Below, one piece after another: positions 22,489 to 33,104 of a stretch of DNA of 33,104 bases (positions are counted from its first letter, which is position 1; each line of letters starts with the position of its first letter). A program made the position numbers and the translations under genes. The notes below the pieces were generated by a model. That model did no database searches. It was not told where the DNA came from and saw only the letters and a list, made by a program, of their open reading frames with translations. This DNA comes from Malassezia furfur (lineage: Eukaryota). The stretch lies in NCBI GenBank assembly GCA_052055015.1, contig JBQJIT010000080.1. One strand, given 5' to 3'.

Positions 22489-23895
22489 TTAGTCGAAGAC
22501 AATCTTCTTCCCTTGGGGCCTGGCGGCTGCTTGTGCCTCTTTTGCGCGTTGTTTCGCAACCCAGCTCGGATGCGGTGATTCGGGTTTCGGTGCCGGTATT
22601 TTAAGTTCGCCCGGCACGGCAGATTTGGACGGCATGGGTGCGGACGCCGAGTGCGCATGATTGTGCAAGGGCGCATGCGTGTCCCTCGTGAATCCCTTAG
22701 ATGCCGGTGGCCGCTCGTCACGTCCAGGGCCGCGTCGCTTCGGCTGGCGCGGCTCTTTGGCGCGAAGCTTAAGGTGGTTGGCATGACGTCCATACTTTTT
22801 CTCCCATATTCTGCCGGTCAGCAGTATAATACATACGCGCGTCGTTCACGTTGGCCTCGTCGGTTTTTTCGCATGGATTTGGCAGGGCCCTTGCCCGACG
22901 CATCTTGATCCGCGAAGTCGGCCTCCGCATCATTCCAGTCATCATCCGCTGCAGCGGGAATAAAACCAGTCGCAAGGCTCGGAAGGAAATTGTCATCCTC
23001 AGGCGATTCACTCCTCGGTCGCTTCGCCCGCCTCGATGAGTTATAGTCACTTGAGTTGCCTTCGTCATCACTGTCACTGTCCGCATCGTTTTCGTCGTCC
23101 GACTCATCGCTTCCCGAGCCCACCAATGCATCGAGCTTGTCCATATCGCTCAGATTCCATTGCTGATTCGTGACGCGCTCGGTGTCCTCGTCACCAAAGC
23201 CGTCGTCGCTGCTGTAGTCGTCTTCTTCTGGCGCTGGCGCCGGCGCTTCCTTGCTCTTGGCTTTCTTAGCGGGCTGGACAGGAGCCACCTCTTCACCACC
23301 TTGAGCAGAAGTGTTCGGCTCAGTGACTTTGGATGCTGTATCTTTAGGCGCAGGCGGGAATATCAAAGCTGCAACCGACTTGATGCATGACGCCAATTCT
23401 TCTGCCAAAACTTTGGCACTTTGGACTTGGTGCACGACCCGTTCTTCTCGGACAGAGTCATACCCACTTTTTTGGGTCGGATCAAGACCGAGGTTTCGTG
23501 CAGTTTCAAAGATTGGGAAGTCCTTGGCACGCTCGGCATCCAGGGAAATGGCCAGCTGCGGTCTAGGGAGAAGCTTGCTTTTGACAAGCTTGGACACTAG
23601 TGCATTCGTCGCCACTTGTTGGATGTCCATGCGCTTGAGTATGTTGAGCTCCTCTTCTAGTTCCTCGACGGATTGTTCTTTCGAGGTCTTCCCACTCTGA
23701 CATTGCTTGAGTTGGCGCACATGCCGCTGCAGTTCGAACTGTCTTGCTTTCTTCGTCGCAGTCTTGGCTGCCTTGATCGCGTGAAACTGGGTAAGAAAAA
23801 TGACATACGAGCTTTGCATGCACCTTTTTCAGGTCCACAACGTGCGCGGACGCACCCTGCGTCGCGTCCGCCGCGGCTTCTGCCGTGTTGGCCAT
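22489..23895 (-). CDS. BUD22: Bud22/SRFBP1 ribosome biogenesis factor, about 452 aa
   Basis: FLPSLATGF, KNRRGQRERR|AIWEKKYGRHANHL, HPSWVAK and QGKKIVFD*. Introns 23787-23808 (22 nt) and a 26-nt one near 22812-22837. Confidence 0.9.
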
Positions 23896-23984
23896 GGCCA
23901 ATGCTTCGTGCGAGGCGCACATTTTTTTTTCCACGTGACAGTCAAAAAAAAGTTTGGACCCACTGTGCTTTCCCTTCCGCGAAC
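23896..23984. promoter_or_regulatory. Bidirectional promoter shared by BUD22 and NOP7
   Basis: 89 bp between the divergent ATGs. Contains a T-tract, CACGTG (23932-23937) and an A-tract. Confidence 0.55.
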
Positions 23985-25931
23985 ATGGCCAAGATCAAGA
24001 AGAAGGGTGAGTCCGGTGCCGCGAAAAACTACATTACGCGGAACCAGGCGCTCAAGAAGCTCCAGGTGACGCTGGCAGAGTTTCGTCGGCTATGTATCCT
24101 CAAGGGTATCTTCCCTCGGCAGCCGCGTCATATCAAACGCGCCAACAAAGGCTCCACGGCTCCTACGACATTCTACTATGCCAAAGACATTGCGTACTTG
24201 ATGCATGAGCCTGTGCTTCAGGCGTTTCGTGAACATAAGGCTTTTGCAAAGAAGGTGAACCGCGCAATCGCGCGTCGTGAGTGGTTCGCTGCCAAGAACC
24301 TAGACGAAAACCGTCCCAAGTATCGTCTGGACCACATCATCAAGGAGCGATACCCGACTTTTGTGGACTCCTTGCGCGACCTCGATGATGCTTTGTCGAT
24401 GTTGTTCCTCTTTGCCAACATTCCGTCGTCGCGCAACATTGCCCCCGAGATCACGAGCCACTGTGCGCGTCTTTGCACCGAGTGGCAGCTCTATGTGATG
24501 CGCACCCGTTGCCTGCGCAAGGTCTTTTTGAGTATCAAGGGTATCTATTTCCAGGCGGTCGTGCATGGGCAAGAGATCACCTGGCTCGTGCCCTACATGT
24601 TCACGCAGCAGATCCCCACGGATGTCGACTTCCGCGTGATGATGACCTTTTTGGAGCTCTATCAGACGCTGATGGGCTTTGTGCTGTTCAAGCTGTATGC
24701 GGAGGAGAACCTCGTGTACCCTCCCAAACTGGACGAGGACAAGGACAACCAGGGTGCTGGCTTTGGCTCCCTCTTGCTGACGCCTGCGAACGCCGACGTC
24801 CTGCTCAAGGAAGAGAGCGGGCGGCCTGTGGACGAGGTGGCTGAGGCGGCCGCCAGCAATGCGCTCCTGCGCAAGGACGGTAAAAAGCTCTCGGCGCGCG
24901 ACGTCAAGCGCCAGATTGCGTCGCTTTCCAAGTCGGCTCCGCAGGAGGAGGAAGACAGTGACGAGGCGATGCCGTCGCTGGATACGGAGGCAGAGCCGGA
25001 AGCCGAAGCGCAGGACACGGAGGAGTTCGTGCCCCAACCTTCCAAGACGGCACCGGCCGACGAGCTGACTACGCTCGACGACCTGCAAGACAGCCAGGGC
25101 GAAGACGCCGCGCCTACGCTGTTTAGCCGCTACGTGTTCTACATCTCGCGCGAGTGCCCGCGCAGCGTAATCGAGTTTATTCTGCGCTCTTTTGGTGCGT
25201 TGCCCTCCAACATCGGCTGGGACCCGGTGGCCGGTGCTGGCAGCCAGGTGGACGAGAACGATGAGCGGATTACGCACCACATCATTGACCGCCCTGCAGA
25301 AAACAGCAAGCAGTTTAAGCACCCCGGTCGCCGCGTCTATGTGCAGCCGCAGTGGGTGGTGGACTGCGCAAATCGCCGGACGCTGCTGCCGACAGACCCG
25401 TACCGTCCGGGGCAGGCGCTGCCGCCGCACTTGAGTCCCTTCGTGGACGACCGCGAAGTGGCGCGCCGCGGTGGCTACGTTCCTACCGAGGCGCAAGAGG
25501 CGCTTGGTATGGAGAAGGAGCCTGCGGACGAGGATGAGGACGACGACGAAGACGAAGAGGAGGAAGCGGCGCCTGCGGACACCGAAGAATCGACCGAGCG
25601 TCCAGCGCTGCAGGCGCTTCTGGAGGACCCGCTCGATGCGGGTCTCTTGGAGGCGGCCGAACTGGAGGCTGAGATGGTCGGCGGCGAGGATGCACTTGTC
25701 GACCTGCGGAAGCAATACACTGCCGCGCGCAAAGCCGCCCAGAAGAAGCAGCGTGCTGAGGACGCGCCGCTTTCTGAGGAGGCTGAGGCACGGGATATGG
25801 CCAAGACGCTGCTCTCCAACAAGCAGCGCAAGCTCTACAACCGCATCGGAAACTCTGCGTCCAAGGTCAGTGACGAGAAGCAGCGTCTTCTGGCCAAGAA
25901 GAAGCAGCTGAAGAAGAAGGCGGCCAAGTAG
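23985..25931 (+). CDS. NOP7: Pescadillo/Nop7
   Basis: MAKIKKKGESGAAKNYITRNQALKKLQ...FRRLCILKGIFPR and BRCT ITHHIIDRP...QPQWVVDC...LPPHLSPFV. Confidence 0.97.
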   Translation: MAKIKKKGESGAAKNYITRNQALKKLQVTLAEFRRLCILKGIFPRQPRHIKRANKGSTAPTTFYYAKDIAYLMHEPVLQAFREHKAFAKKVNRAIARREWFAAKNLDENRPKYRLDHIIKERYPTFVDSLRDLDDALSMLFLFANIPSSRNIAPEITSHCARLCTEWQLYVMRTRCLRKVFLSIKGIYFQAVVHGQEITWLVPYMFTQQIPTDVDFRVMMTFLELYQTLMGFVLFKLYAEENLVYPPKLDEDKDNQGAGFGSLLLTPANADVLLKEESGRPVDEVAEAAASNALLRKDGKKLSARDVKRQIASLSKSAPQEEEDSDEAMPSLDTEAEPEAEAQDTEEFVPQPSKTAPADELTTLDDLQDSQGEDAAPTLFSRYVFYISRECPRSVIEFILRSFGALPSNIGWDPVAGAGSQVDENDERITHHIIDRPAENSKQFKHPGRRVYVQPQWVVDCANRRTLLPTDPYRPGQALPPHLSPFVDDREVARRGGYVPTEAQEALGMEKEPADEDEDDDEDEEEEAAPADTEESTERPALQALLEDPLDAGLLEAAELEAEMVGGEDALVDLRKQYTAARKAAQKKQRAEDAPLSEEAEARDMAKTLLSNKQRKLYNRIGNSASKVSDEKQRLLAKKKQLKKKAAK

Positions 25932-25988
25932 CGATCGTAGTATCATCGGGCGATCGGGGTCTCCACATTGGGCTTTTCACCCGCGACG

Positions 25989-26771
25989 ATGGCCGACGTC
26001 GCGACGCGTGCGCCTGTGTCGCAGCCTGAGGGTGCGACAGCGGATGCAGAGCCAAACGAGACATTGTATATCCAGAATTTGAACGAGAACGTCAAGCTTC
26101 CCGTTCTTAAGCAGTCGCTTGAGGCGCTATTTTCCACGTATGGAAAAGTGCTTTCTGTGGTGGCCCATACCAACGTGCGGATGCGAGGGCAGGCGTTTGT
26201 CAGCTTCAAGTCGCGCGATGTTGCCGCGAAAGCGATGCGTGAAGTGAATGGATTCCCTTTGTATGGCAAGGCCATGCGGATTACCTTTGCGAAGAGTAAG
26301 TCGGACAGTGTGGTGCGTTACTTGGCGGGTGCAGACGGCGAATCGGCGCTCGAGGCGCACAAGCGTGCACGACTCGCCGAAAAACCGCTGAAGCGGCGTC
26401 GGAATATCCTGCGGGAGCGCGAGATGCTGCGGAAACGGAAAGCGGCCGAGGCTGGTGTACCCGTCGAGTCCGTGGAACCCAAGTCTGGCTCGCTTGCGCG
26501 CGTACAGGCCAACCAGCTGCCCGATGAATACCTTCCCCCCAACAAGATCCTCTTCCTCCAGCAAATCCCAAGTACGACGACGCGCGACGACCTGCAAAAG
26601 CTATTTGGTGCCTATCCCAATTTACTCGAAGTGCGGACGATCCCGGGGCGGTCCGACATCGCGTTTGTGGAATACAGCGACATCCCTTCGGGTGTGCAGG
26701 CCCGCGAAGCGACCAACGGCTACGTGATGCCCAACGGCGAGCGACTCAAGGTGTCCTATGCACGTGCGTAG
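25989..26771 (+). CDS. U1A/U2B'' family snRNP protein (two RRMs)
   Basis: PNETLYIQNLNE...MRGQAFVSF...FPLYGKAMRITFAKSKSD and LPPNKILFLQ...IAFVEY. Confidence 0.92.
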   Translation: MADVATRAPVSQPEGATADAEPNETLYIQNLNENVKLPVLKQSLEALFSTYGKVLSVVAHTNVRMRGQAFVSFKSRDVAAKAMREVNGFPLYGKAMRITFAKSKSDSVVRYLAGADGESALEAHKRARLAEKPLKRRRNILREREMLRKRKAAEAGVPVESVEPKSGSLARVQANQLPDEYLPPNKILFLQQIPSTTTRDDLQKLFGAYPNLLEVRTIPGRSDIAFVEYSDIPSGVQAREATNGYVMPNGERLKVSYARA

Positions 26772-26907
26772 GTAGCGAGGTGCGCGAGGTAGATGCCACG
26801 TGGTTACGAGACCTAGGAGGCTGGCCGCGGCACTCGGGGCCGGCGTGCGATAATCGTGCAGCTGGTCCCAGCGCCGGGCCATTCCGGCTTTCTTCCCCAC
26901 TTCTGTC

Positions 26908-28483
26908 ATGTCGGCTGTTCGCACCGTACTCTCCTCTGTCCCCCAGCGCGCCGTGCGTGCCTCGGCGACGAGCGCTCGTCTGAGCTCGGTTCGTGCCCTG
27001 GCGACCTCGGCCGTGGCGCGTGAGGCGCCCAAGAGCTCGATTGCCTCGCTGAAAGGCCAGATCCGCAAGGAGCGTGACACGTTCGGCGACCTTGATGTCC
27101 CCGCGGACAAGTACTGGGGTGCGCAGACCCAGCGGTACGTTTCCTGTTTCCTGACGCAGTTCGTCGCAAAACTTCCGCATCGGCGGTGAGGCGGAGCGCA
27201 TGCCGCTGCCGCTGATCAAGGCGTTCGGTGTGCTGAAGAAGGCCGCCGCGACGGTGAACCAGCAGTACGGTCTGGACCCCAAGATTGCCGCGGCGATCTG
27301 CGAGGCGGCCAACGAGGTGATCTCGGGCAAGCTTGCGGACAACTTCCCGCTCGTCGTGTTCCAGACCGGCTCGGGCACGCAGACCAACATGAACGTCAAC
27401 GAGGTCATCTCGAACCGTGCGATTGAGATGCTTGGCGGTGAGCTCGGCTCGAAGAAGCCCGTGCACCCCAACGACGATGTGAACCGCAGCCAGAGCAGCA
27501 ACGACACCTTCCCCACGGCGATGCACATTGCGTCGGTCTTGGAGATCACCCAAGAGCTGCTGCCTGCCCTGCGTCACCTGCGCGAGGCGCTCGAGGCGAA
27601 GCGTGAGGAGTTCAAGGACATTATCAAGATTGGCCGCACCCACCTGCAGGACGCCACGCCGCTCACGCTCGGCCAGGAGTTCAGCGGCTACGTCGCGCAG
27701 CTCGACTCGTCGATCGAGCGCGTCGAGGCGGTGCTGCCGCACCTGCGCATGCTCGCCCAGGGCGGTACCGCGGTCGGCACGGGCCTGAACACGTTCAAGG
27801 GCTTTGACGTGGCCGTCGCTGAGGAGATCTCGCGCATCACCGGCGAGAAGTTCCTCAGCGCGCCGAACAAGTTTGAGGCCCTCGCGACGCACGACGCGAT
27901 GGTCGAGGCGTCTGGTGCGATGAACACCATTGCCGTGTCGTTCATGAAGATCGCCAACGACATCCGCTACCTCGGCTCCGGCCCGCGCTGCGGTCTCGGT
28001 GAGCTGTCGCTGCCCGAGAACGAGCCCGGCTCGTCGATCATGCCCGGCAAGGTCAACCCGACGCAGTGCGAGGCGCTCACGATGGTTGCCGCACAGGTCA
28101 TGGGCAACAACGTCGCCGTGACCGTCGGTGGCTCGTACGGCCAGTTTGAGCTGAACGTGTTCAAGCCGGTGATCGCCAAGAACCTCCTGTCGAGCGTCAA
28201 GCTGCTTGCGGACGGCGCGCGCAGCTTCACGGACCACTGTGTGGTGGGCATCCAGGCGAACAAGAAGCGCATCCACACGCTCCTGAACGAGTCGCTGATG
28301 CTTGCGACCGCGCTCAACGCGCGCCTCGGCTACGACAATGTCGCCAAGGCCGCCAAGAAGGCGCACAAGGAGGACCTCACGCTCAAGGAGGCCACCGTCG
28401 GTCTCGGCCTGCTTACCCCCGAGGAGTTCGACCAGCAGGTGCGCCCCGAGCTCATGCTCGGCCCCAAGGACGCGCCCAAGTAG
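26908..28483 (+). CDS. FUM1: Fumarate hydratase (class II), mitochondrial
   Basis: Presequence; DTFG...[21 protein letters not shown] and signature [15 protein letters not shown]. Intron 27135-27159 (25 nt). Confidence 0.98.
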
Positions 28484-28495
28484 ACGTCAGGGTAT

Positions 28496-29886
28496 CTAGC
28501 TACGGACCAGTGCGAACCCTACCCCGATGCCACACAGCACCACCGCCGCCAAGGCCGGTGCACGCGACGTGGTCCAGTGCCAGGGATGCGCACGCGTTGC
28601 CGGTGCATCGAGCGCCAGCGACTTGGCAAAGAGCTCCTCCAGCCCACTGGAGGCGGACGGCAGCTGCGGGGGGGCCAGGCGCACAGCACGCGGGGTATCG
28701 TCCTCGACCTCCATCGCCTCTTCGACCATCGGCGCGGGCTCAAGCAGCGTGTCGAGCGGCGGCGCGGCCTGCGCGGTACCCAGCGACATGCAGGCCAGCG
28801 GGTCGGCGCTCATCCGCGCCGCCGGTGCGGGCGGCGGCACCTCGCGCGACACAAGATGCAGCGGCTCGGGCGCCGACACGCGGCGCCGACTCCGCGCATA
28901 CACGAGGCACTAGGTTAGCGGGGCACGTACAGTAAAGTGCGCGACCAGGAGGGCCATGACGACCTCGGTCCGCGCCTCGTACATCCACACGAGGAGCACC
29001 AGAGCACAGCGGGCGAGCCAAGCAAGCGCCTGCGCACACTGCGTTAGCCGTGTCTACGCACCTTCCAGCATGTCGCGCCCGACTCGATCGGTTGCGCGCC
29101 GCGCACACGGATCGTTGCGGCATCGTGCCACCCGGGGTCGTACGCGGTCGGCATCAGCGCCAGCGCACCAAGCGCCCAAGTCAGGGAGCTGCGATGCGGC
29201 TGCAGGCAGAGTACGCCCCAAGCAAGTGTCGCCGCCTGCACCACGTACCAATGCCTGCGGCACCATTGCCAGAGCGCTACCTGTGCATGGTACGCATCTG
29301 CGTCTACGCCCTCGCCTGGATCATGGCGCGCGCCCAGCGGCTGCACCCACGTCCCCAGAAGCTGCTGCTGCACTTGGCGGTCCACCGCCTGGATTCGTGC
29401 GCTGGCTTTCCGCGCACACGCTTCACACGCCATGGGGTATCTTTGTTCAAGCGAGTGCTTGTATGCAGGAAGTGCTTCGAGCCGCGCGGTGTCGATGTCG
29501 TCGTCGTCGTGTTCGCCCAGGTAGTTGGCGAGCAGGTTGGTGACAAGCGTCTGGTTCGTGAGGCACGTCCGGCAGAACACGCACGGCGCCGCACTGTCGT
29601 CGGCACTCGCACTCGCAAATCCGTCCGGATTCGCACTTGTGTCCCACATCGCACGCTCCCACACGTCCAAGGTGTGTCCGTCGAGGTCCTGGTGGTTCCA
29701 ACACCCACATGCGGAGCAGAACCAACGCGCGGGGGTCCCACACGAGATGTGCGTGCCCGCCTCGGTCGAAACCGGCTGGTTGCGCGATGATGTGCCGTAC
29801 GGCGGCACCAGCACCGACGCCTGGCCGCAGAAATGGCACACGTAGGGCGCGCGCGACGCCGTCATGCGCCGCCAGAGGCGCAACAT
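28496..29886 (-). CDS. IMA1: Inner nuclear membrane protein Ima1 (Samp1/TMEM201-like), about 448 aa
   Basis: CHFC, CSAC, FCRTCLTNQ...LLANYL and YKHSLEQRYPMACEAC zinc-finger region followed by hydrophobic segments. Introns 29039-29061 (23 nt) and 28910-28930 (21 nt). Confidence 0.85.
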
Positions 29887-29945
29887 GACGACCACGATCG
29901 GGGCCCGATGCGAATTTTTAACGCAGCCACGCCGATTCGTCCAGC

Positions 29946-31853
29946 ATGCGTCTTCTTTCGTCAGGCCGGCGGGGGCTTGCGTGTGTGCCGAGCGTGGCAC
30001 ACAACGTGCGCCGCGCACAGCTGTATGGCGCCGCACAGGTCAGTGGCACACTGGGCTCCGAGTCCCAGGTGCCCGACAGCCGGTTTTACGCCGAGGTGGA
30101 CGAAGCTCCAGCATCGTCGGCACTCCAGCGCCTGTCGCCCGCCGCGCGACTGGGCAGCAGCCGCGTGCAGGGCACCGCGGCGGTGGGAATGCACGAACCG
30201 CTGCAAGATGCCCTTGCACACCAAGTGCTGCGCGCAAATAAGGCGCAGCTGCGCCACGACGCGGCCCACCTCGCCACGCTCACGTACGCCGTTCAAGCGG
30301 AGACGCGGGGGCTGGCACAGCCGCCGTCAGACGCCTTTATGGACTCGCTGCGCGGCACACGCGCTTCGGCGCTGTATGCGGCTGCGCAGATGCCGGGCCG
30401 CTATGCGGTCCTAGCGCGCATCCTTGACGAGGTGCAGCGGCGCATCCCCTCAACAAGCGCCCAGGGATGGGCGCCCGCCAAGCTCGTCGACTGGAATGCC
30501 CAGGCTTTTGATGCGCTGTGGGCGTCGCTTGCCGTGTTCGGCTCGCTCAACGAATACCATGCCGAGGCATGGTCCAAGGAACTGCTGTCGATGGGTACGC
30601 ACCTCCTGGAGCAGCTGCGCAAGGACGATGCAGCGCTGCGCGCTCCGCTCAGGCAGCTGTATGCGCAGCTGCGTCTGCGCGGCGACAAGCCACACATGCT
30701 GGGCCGTGCGCCGCCCATGCCCACGCAGGGCAGCACGCTAGGTGTGTATGCGTATGGCCTCAGCGGCCTGCCGAACGACGCGGCGCGCGAGCGCCAGGTG
30801 CAACGCATGTGGAAGAGCGACGCCGACGTGCTGGTCCTTGTCGAGTCGGCTACGCCGCGCGGGTTCGCGTGCATTGCGGCCGCGCGCGCCCAGCTCTTGT
30901 CGATGCAGACCGCCGAGCGGCCGTGCCACGTCGTTGCACCGTGCTCCCACGACCGTGCATGCCCCATCCTGCGCATGGACACACTCGATGTGCCGCCGAC
31001 GCGTGCGGTGCCGAGCCTGTGTTCGTACTCACAGATGTACCATGCGCCTGCATTCACGCGCGCGACGCTTGAAGACGCACGCAGCGACCGTGTGGAGGAA
31101 TACTGCTATGTGGTCATGCAGCGCGGTGCACGCCCCTCGCTCACCCACGCCGAGGAGGCATGGCGAGCCGAGGTGCCGTCCGCGGCGCAGCCGCACGTCG
31201 CGGCGGCGGTCGAGAAGCTGGCGCGCGCGTCCCGGCAGGGCATCCTCGACTCGCTGCGTGCCGATGCGCCACGCGAGCTGCAGGACGCCGACGTACCCGA
31301 CACGGACGAGGCGCTCGCGTCGTGCCTTGCGGCGCTCGAGGCCGATGGCGTGGATGCGCGTCGCGTGATGCAGCTCGAGGCGTATTCGTGGCCGCGGATC
31401 GTGCGTACGCCGCTGAAGAAAGGCGGACACGTCACATTCGATGCGTGCTGCCCAAACGGCGCCCTTGAGCGGTTCACACTGGCCAAGTCGGCCGGGCGCC
31501 AGGCGTACCAGGATGCGCGGAAGTCGCGGCAGGGCGAGCTGTTCCCGCACGCGGACAAGACGGGCAGGCCGACGATCCAGCGCGAGGGCGCAGACCTCAA
31601 CGCGCTGCCGGAGCGTCTCCCCGTGATGCGGTCTTCGCAGCGCCCCGCACCGGGCGAGGCGTGCGAGCACTTGTACATTGCGCCGGACGCCATGCTGTAT
31701 GCGCGCACGGCAGGCACAGCGCGTGTGCCGAAACGCACGGCGCGGCGTGCGCCCAAGTGGCACGCCAAGCCCGTCTCGGAGCGCGGCACGCGCCTGAGCC
31801 GCAAGCCGAACCGCGCGCGCCTCGACGAGGAGCTCCACCTGTGGGACGCCTAA
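29946..31853 (+). CDS. RSM22: Mitochondrial small-subunit assembly factor Rsm22/METTL17
   Basis: VLVLVESATPRGF, HVVAPCSHDRACP, WPRIVRTPLKKGGHVTFDAC and AYQDARKSRQGELFP. Confidence 0.88.
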   Translation: MRLLSSGRRGLACVPSVAHNVRRAQLYGAAQVSGTLGSESQVPDSRFYAEVDEAPASSALQRLSPAARLGSSRVQGTAAVGMHEPLQDALAHQVLRANKAQLRHDAAHLATLTYAVQAETRGLAQPPSDAFMDSLRGTRASALYAAAQMPGRYAVLARILDEVQRRIPSTSAQGWAPAKLVDWNAQAFDALWASLAVFGSLNEYHAEAWSKELLSMGTHLLEQLRKDDAALRAPLRQLYAQLRLRGDKPHMLGRAPPMPTQGSTLGVYAYGLSGLPNDAARERQVQRMWKSDADVLVLVESATPRGFACIAAARAQLLSMQTAERPCHVVAPCSHDRACPILRMDTLDVPPTRAVPSLCSYSQMYHAPAFTRATLEDARSDRVEEYCYVVMQRGARPSLTHAEEAWRAEVPSAAQPHVAAAVEKLARASRQGILDSLRADAPRELQDADVPDTDEALASCLAALEADGVDARRVMQLEAYSWPRIVRTPLKKGGHVTFDACCPNGALERFTLAKSAGRQAYQDARKSRQGELFPHADKTGRPTIQREGADLNALPERLPVMRSSQRPAPGEACEHLYIAPDAMLYARTAGTARVPKRTARRAPKWHAKPVSERGTRLSRKPNRARLDEELHLWDA

Positions 31854-31906
31854 CCGCGCCTCGATACCCGTAGCCCTTCGTAGTGCTCCTCCACCTCCAC
31901 GTCGTG

Positions 31907-33104
31907 ATGGCGTCCGACCGAGCGGTGCAACTCGCCGCGCAGAGCACGACGCGCGGCGCCGTCGTCGCACCGCCGAAGCCCGGCGAGCGCTCGCTGCGGA
32001 GGCAGGTGGTGCTCGATGAGGACGCGTACACCAGCGGTCTCTCGCGCATTATCCAGCGCGACTTCTTCCCCGACCTCCCTCGCCTGCGCGCCGAGAATGC
32101 GTACCTCGAGGCGCTTGAGTCGGGCGATCTCGATGCAATCCAGGAGACTGCACGCGCGCTCGTGCGGGAAGAGGAGCGGTGCGGCATCCTGGAGGAGACG
32201 ACGCGCCGTGGTGATGCCGGTGAGCCGCTCACGCCGCTCGATGTGCCTGGCACACCGCAATCCGCAACGCCCGTGCCGCTGTGGTCTGCCATGGCAGGCA
32301 CGCCACGCAGCGACACCGAGACACGCCCAAGCGCGCACGACGAGGCGGGAGACGGCGCGGACCCCCTCGCGTCCGTGCGCGTGAACATGACGCTCGACGA
32401 GTATCAAGCAAAGTACACGTCCGAGGACAATGCGTCGTTTGCCCAGCTCATGCAGCTTGCACGCAACCAACGCCGCGCGCGCAACCAGTGGGCGTACGAT
32501 GCAGAAGAGCGCGCACAGGCCGCACGCGCGCTGCCACCACCACACTCTGGCGCCCCGCCGACGACCCAGCGCCTTGCCCTGCCGAATGCACCCGGCGCTG
32601 GTGAAGGCGGCGCAGCGCATGGCAGCACGTCGTCGGCGCTTGTACGCACGTCGAACGACCCCGATACCGCACGCATGCCGCCTCCTGCTGCGCCGAAGAC
32701 GTGGGCATTCAAGGCGCGCAACTCACTCATGTTCCCCCCCGACGAGGACCGCGAGACGCTGACCGCCCGCACGAGCTCGCGTGAGGCACCGGAGCCGCGT
32801 ACATACGGCCCGTATGCGCCGCGCGTGCGCCACGCGAACACGCGACTGAGCGACGAGCCCAGCGCGCCGCTCAGTGCGCCGTCGACGCCGAACAGCAGCG
32901 TAATTGACGCGGCAATCGACGGCGAGGCCTATGTACCGTCGACGCCCGGGATCCAGGGCTACCACTATGTAGGGGCGGTCGCTACGCCGCGACCCGAGGA
33001 CCTGGGCGAGCGCAGGCTGCAGCAGCTCATGACGTGGGGCACGCTGACCGCGCCGTACAGCCCGGCGCGCTGCCCCCCCGTGCGGTGCAGCAGCGTCCGC
33101 GCCG
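31907..33104 (+). CDS. ESS2: Splicing factor ESS2/DGCR14 (Bis1-like); truncated at the window end and absent from the ORF track
   Basis: Translation from ATG 31907 gives VLDEDAYTSGLSRIIQRDFFPDL and MTLDEYQAKYTSEDNASFAQLM, the DGCR14 hallmark motifs. Confidence 0.88.
   Translation, partial: MASDRAVQLAAQSTTRGAVVAPPKPGERSLRRQVVLDEDAYTSGLSRIIQRDFFPDLPRLRAENAYLEALESGDLDAIQETARALVREEERCGILEETTRRGDAGEPLTPLDVPGTPQSATPVPLWSAMAGTPRSDTETRPSAHDEAGDGADPLASVRVNMTLDEYQAKYTSEDNASFAQLMQLARNQRRARNQWAYDAEERAQAARALPPPHSGAPPTTQRLALPNAPGAGEGGAAHGSTSSALVRTSNDPDTARMPPPAAPKTWAFKARNSLMFPPDEDRETLTARTSSREAPEPRTYGPYAPRVRHANTRLSDEPSAPLSAPSTPNSSVIDAAIDGEAYVPSTPGIQGYHYVGAVATPRPEDLGERRLQQLMTWGTLTAPYSPARCPPVRCSSVRA

Overview
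A very gene-dense, GC-rich fungal (eukaryotic) region, almost certainly from a Malassezia yeast: the thioredoxin at 19770-20133 closely resembles the Malassezia allergen Mala s 13 as I recall its sequence. I reconstructed 27 protein-coding genes by hand, two of them cut by the window edges. They are split by roughly 55-60 extremely short spliceosomal introns, mostly 21-30 nt, so most ORF-track entries are fragments or antisense shadows. I found no RNA genes, mobile elements or CRISPR arrays. The main points of interest are two in-frame mitochondrial gene fusions (MTP18/MTFP1 joined to an AcpS/Ppt2-type phosphopantetheinyl transferase, and an Aim32/Apd1-type bis-His [2Fe-2S] domain joined to an adrenodoxin-type ferredoxin), 21-23 nt introns, convergent genes whose stop codons interlock in one CTAG, a start codon split by an intron, and recurring promoter motifs in 50-110 bp intergenic gaps. 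All family calls come from motif recognition, not database searches.
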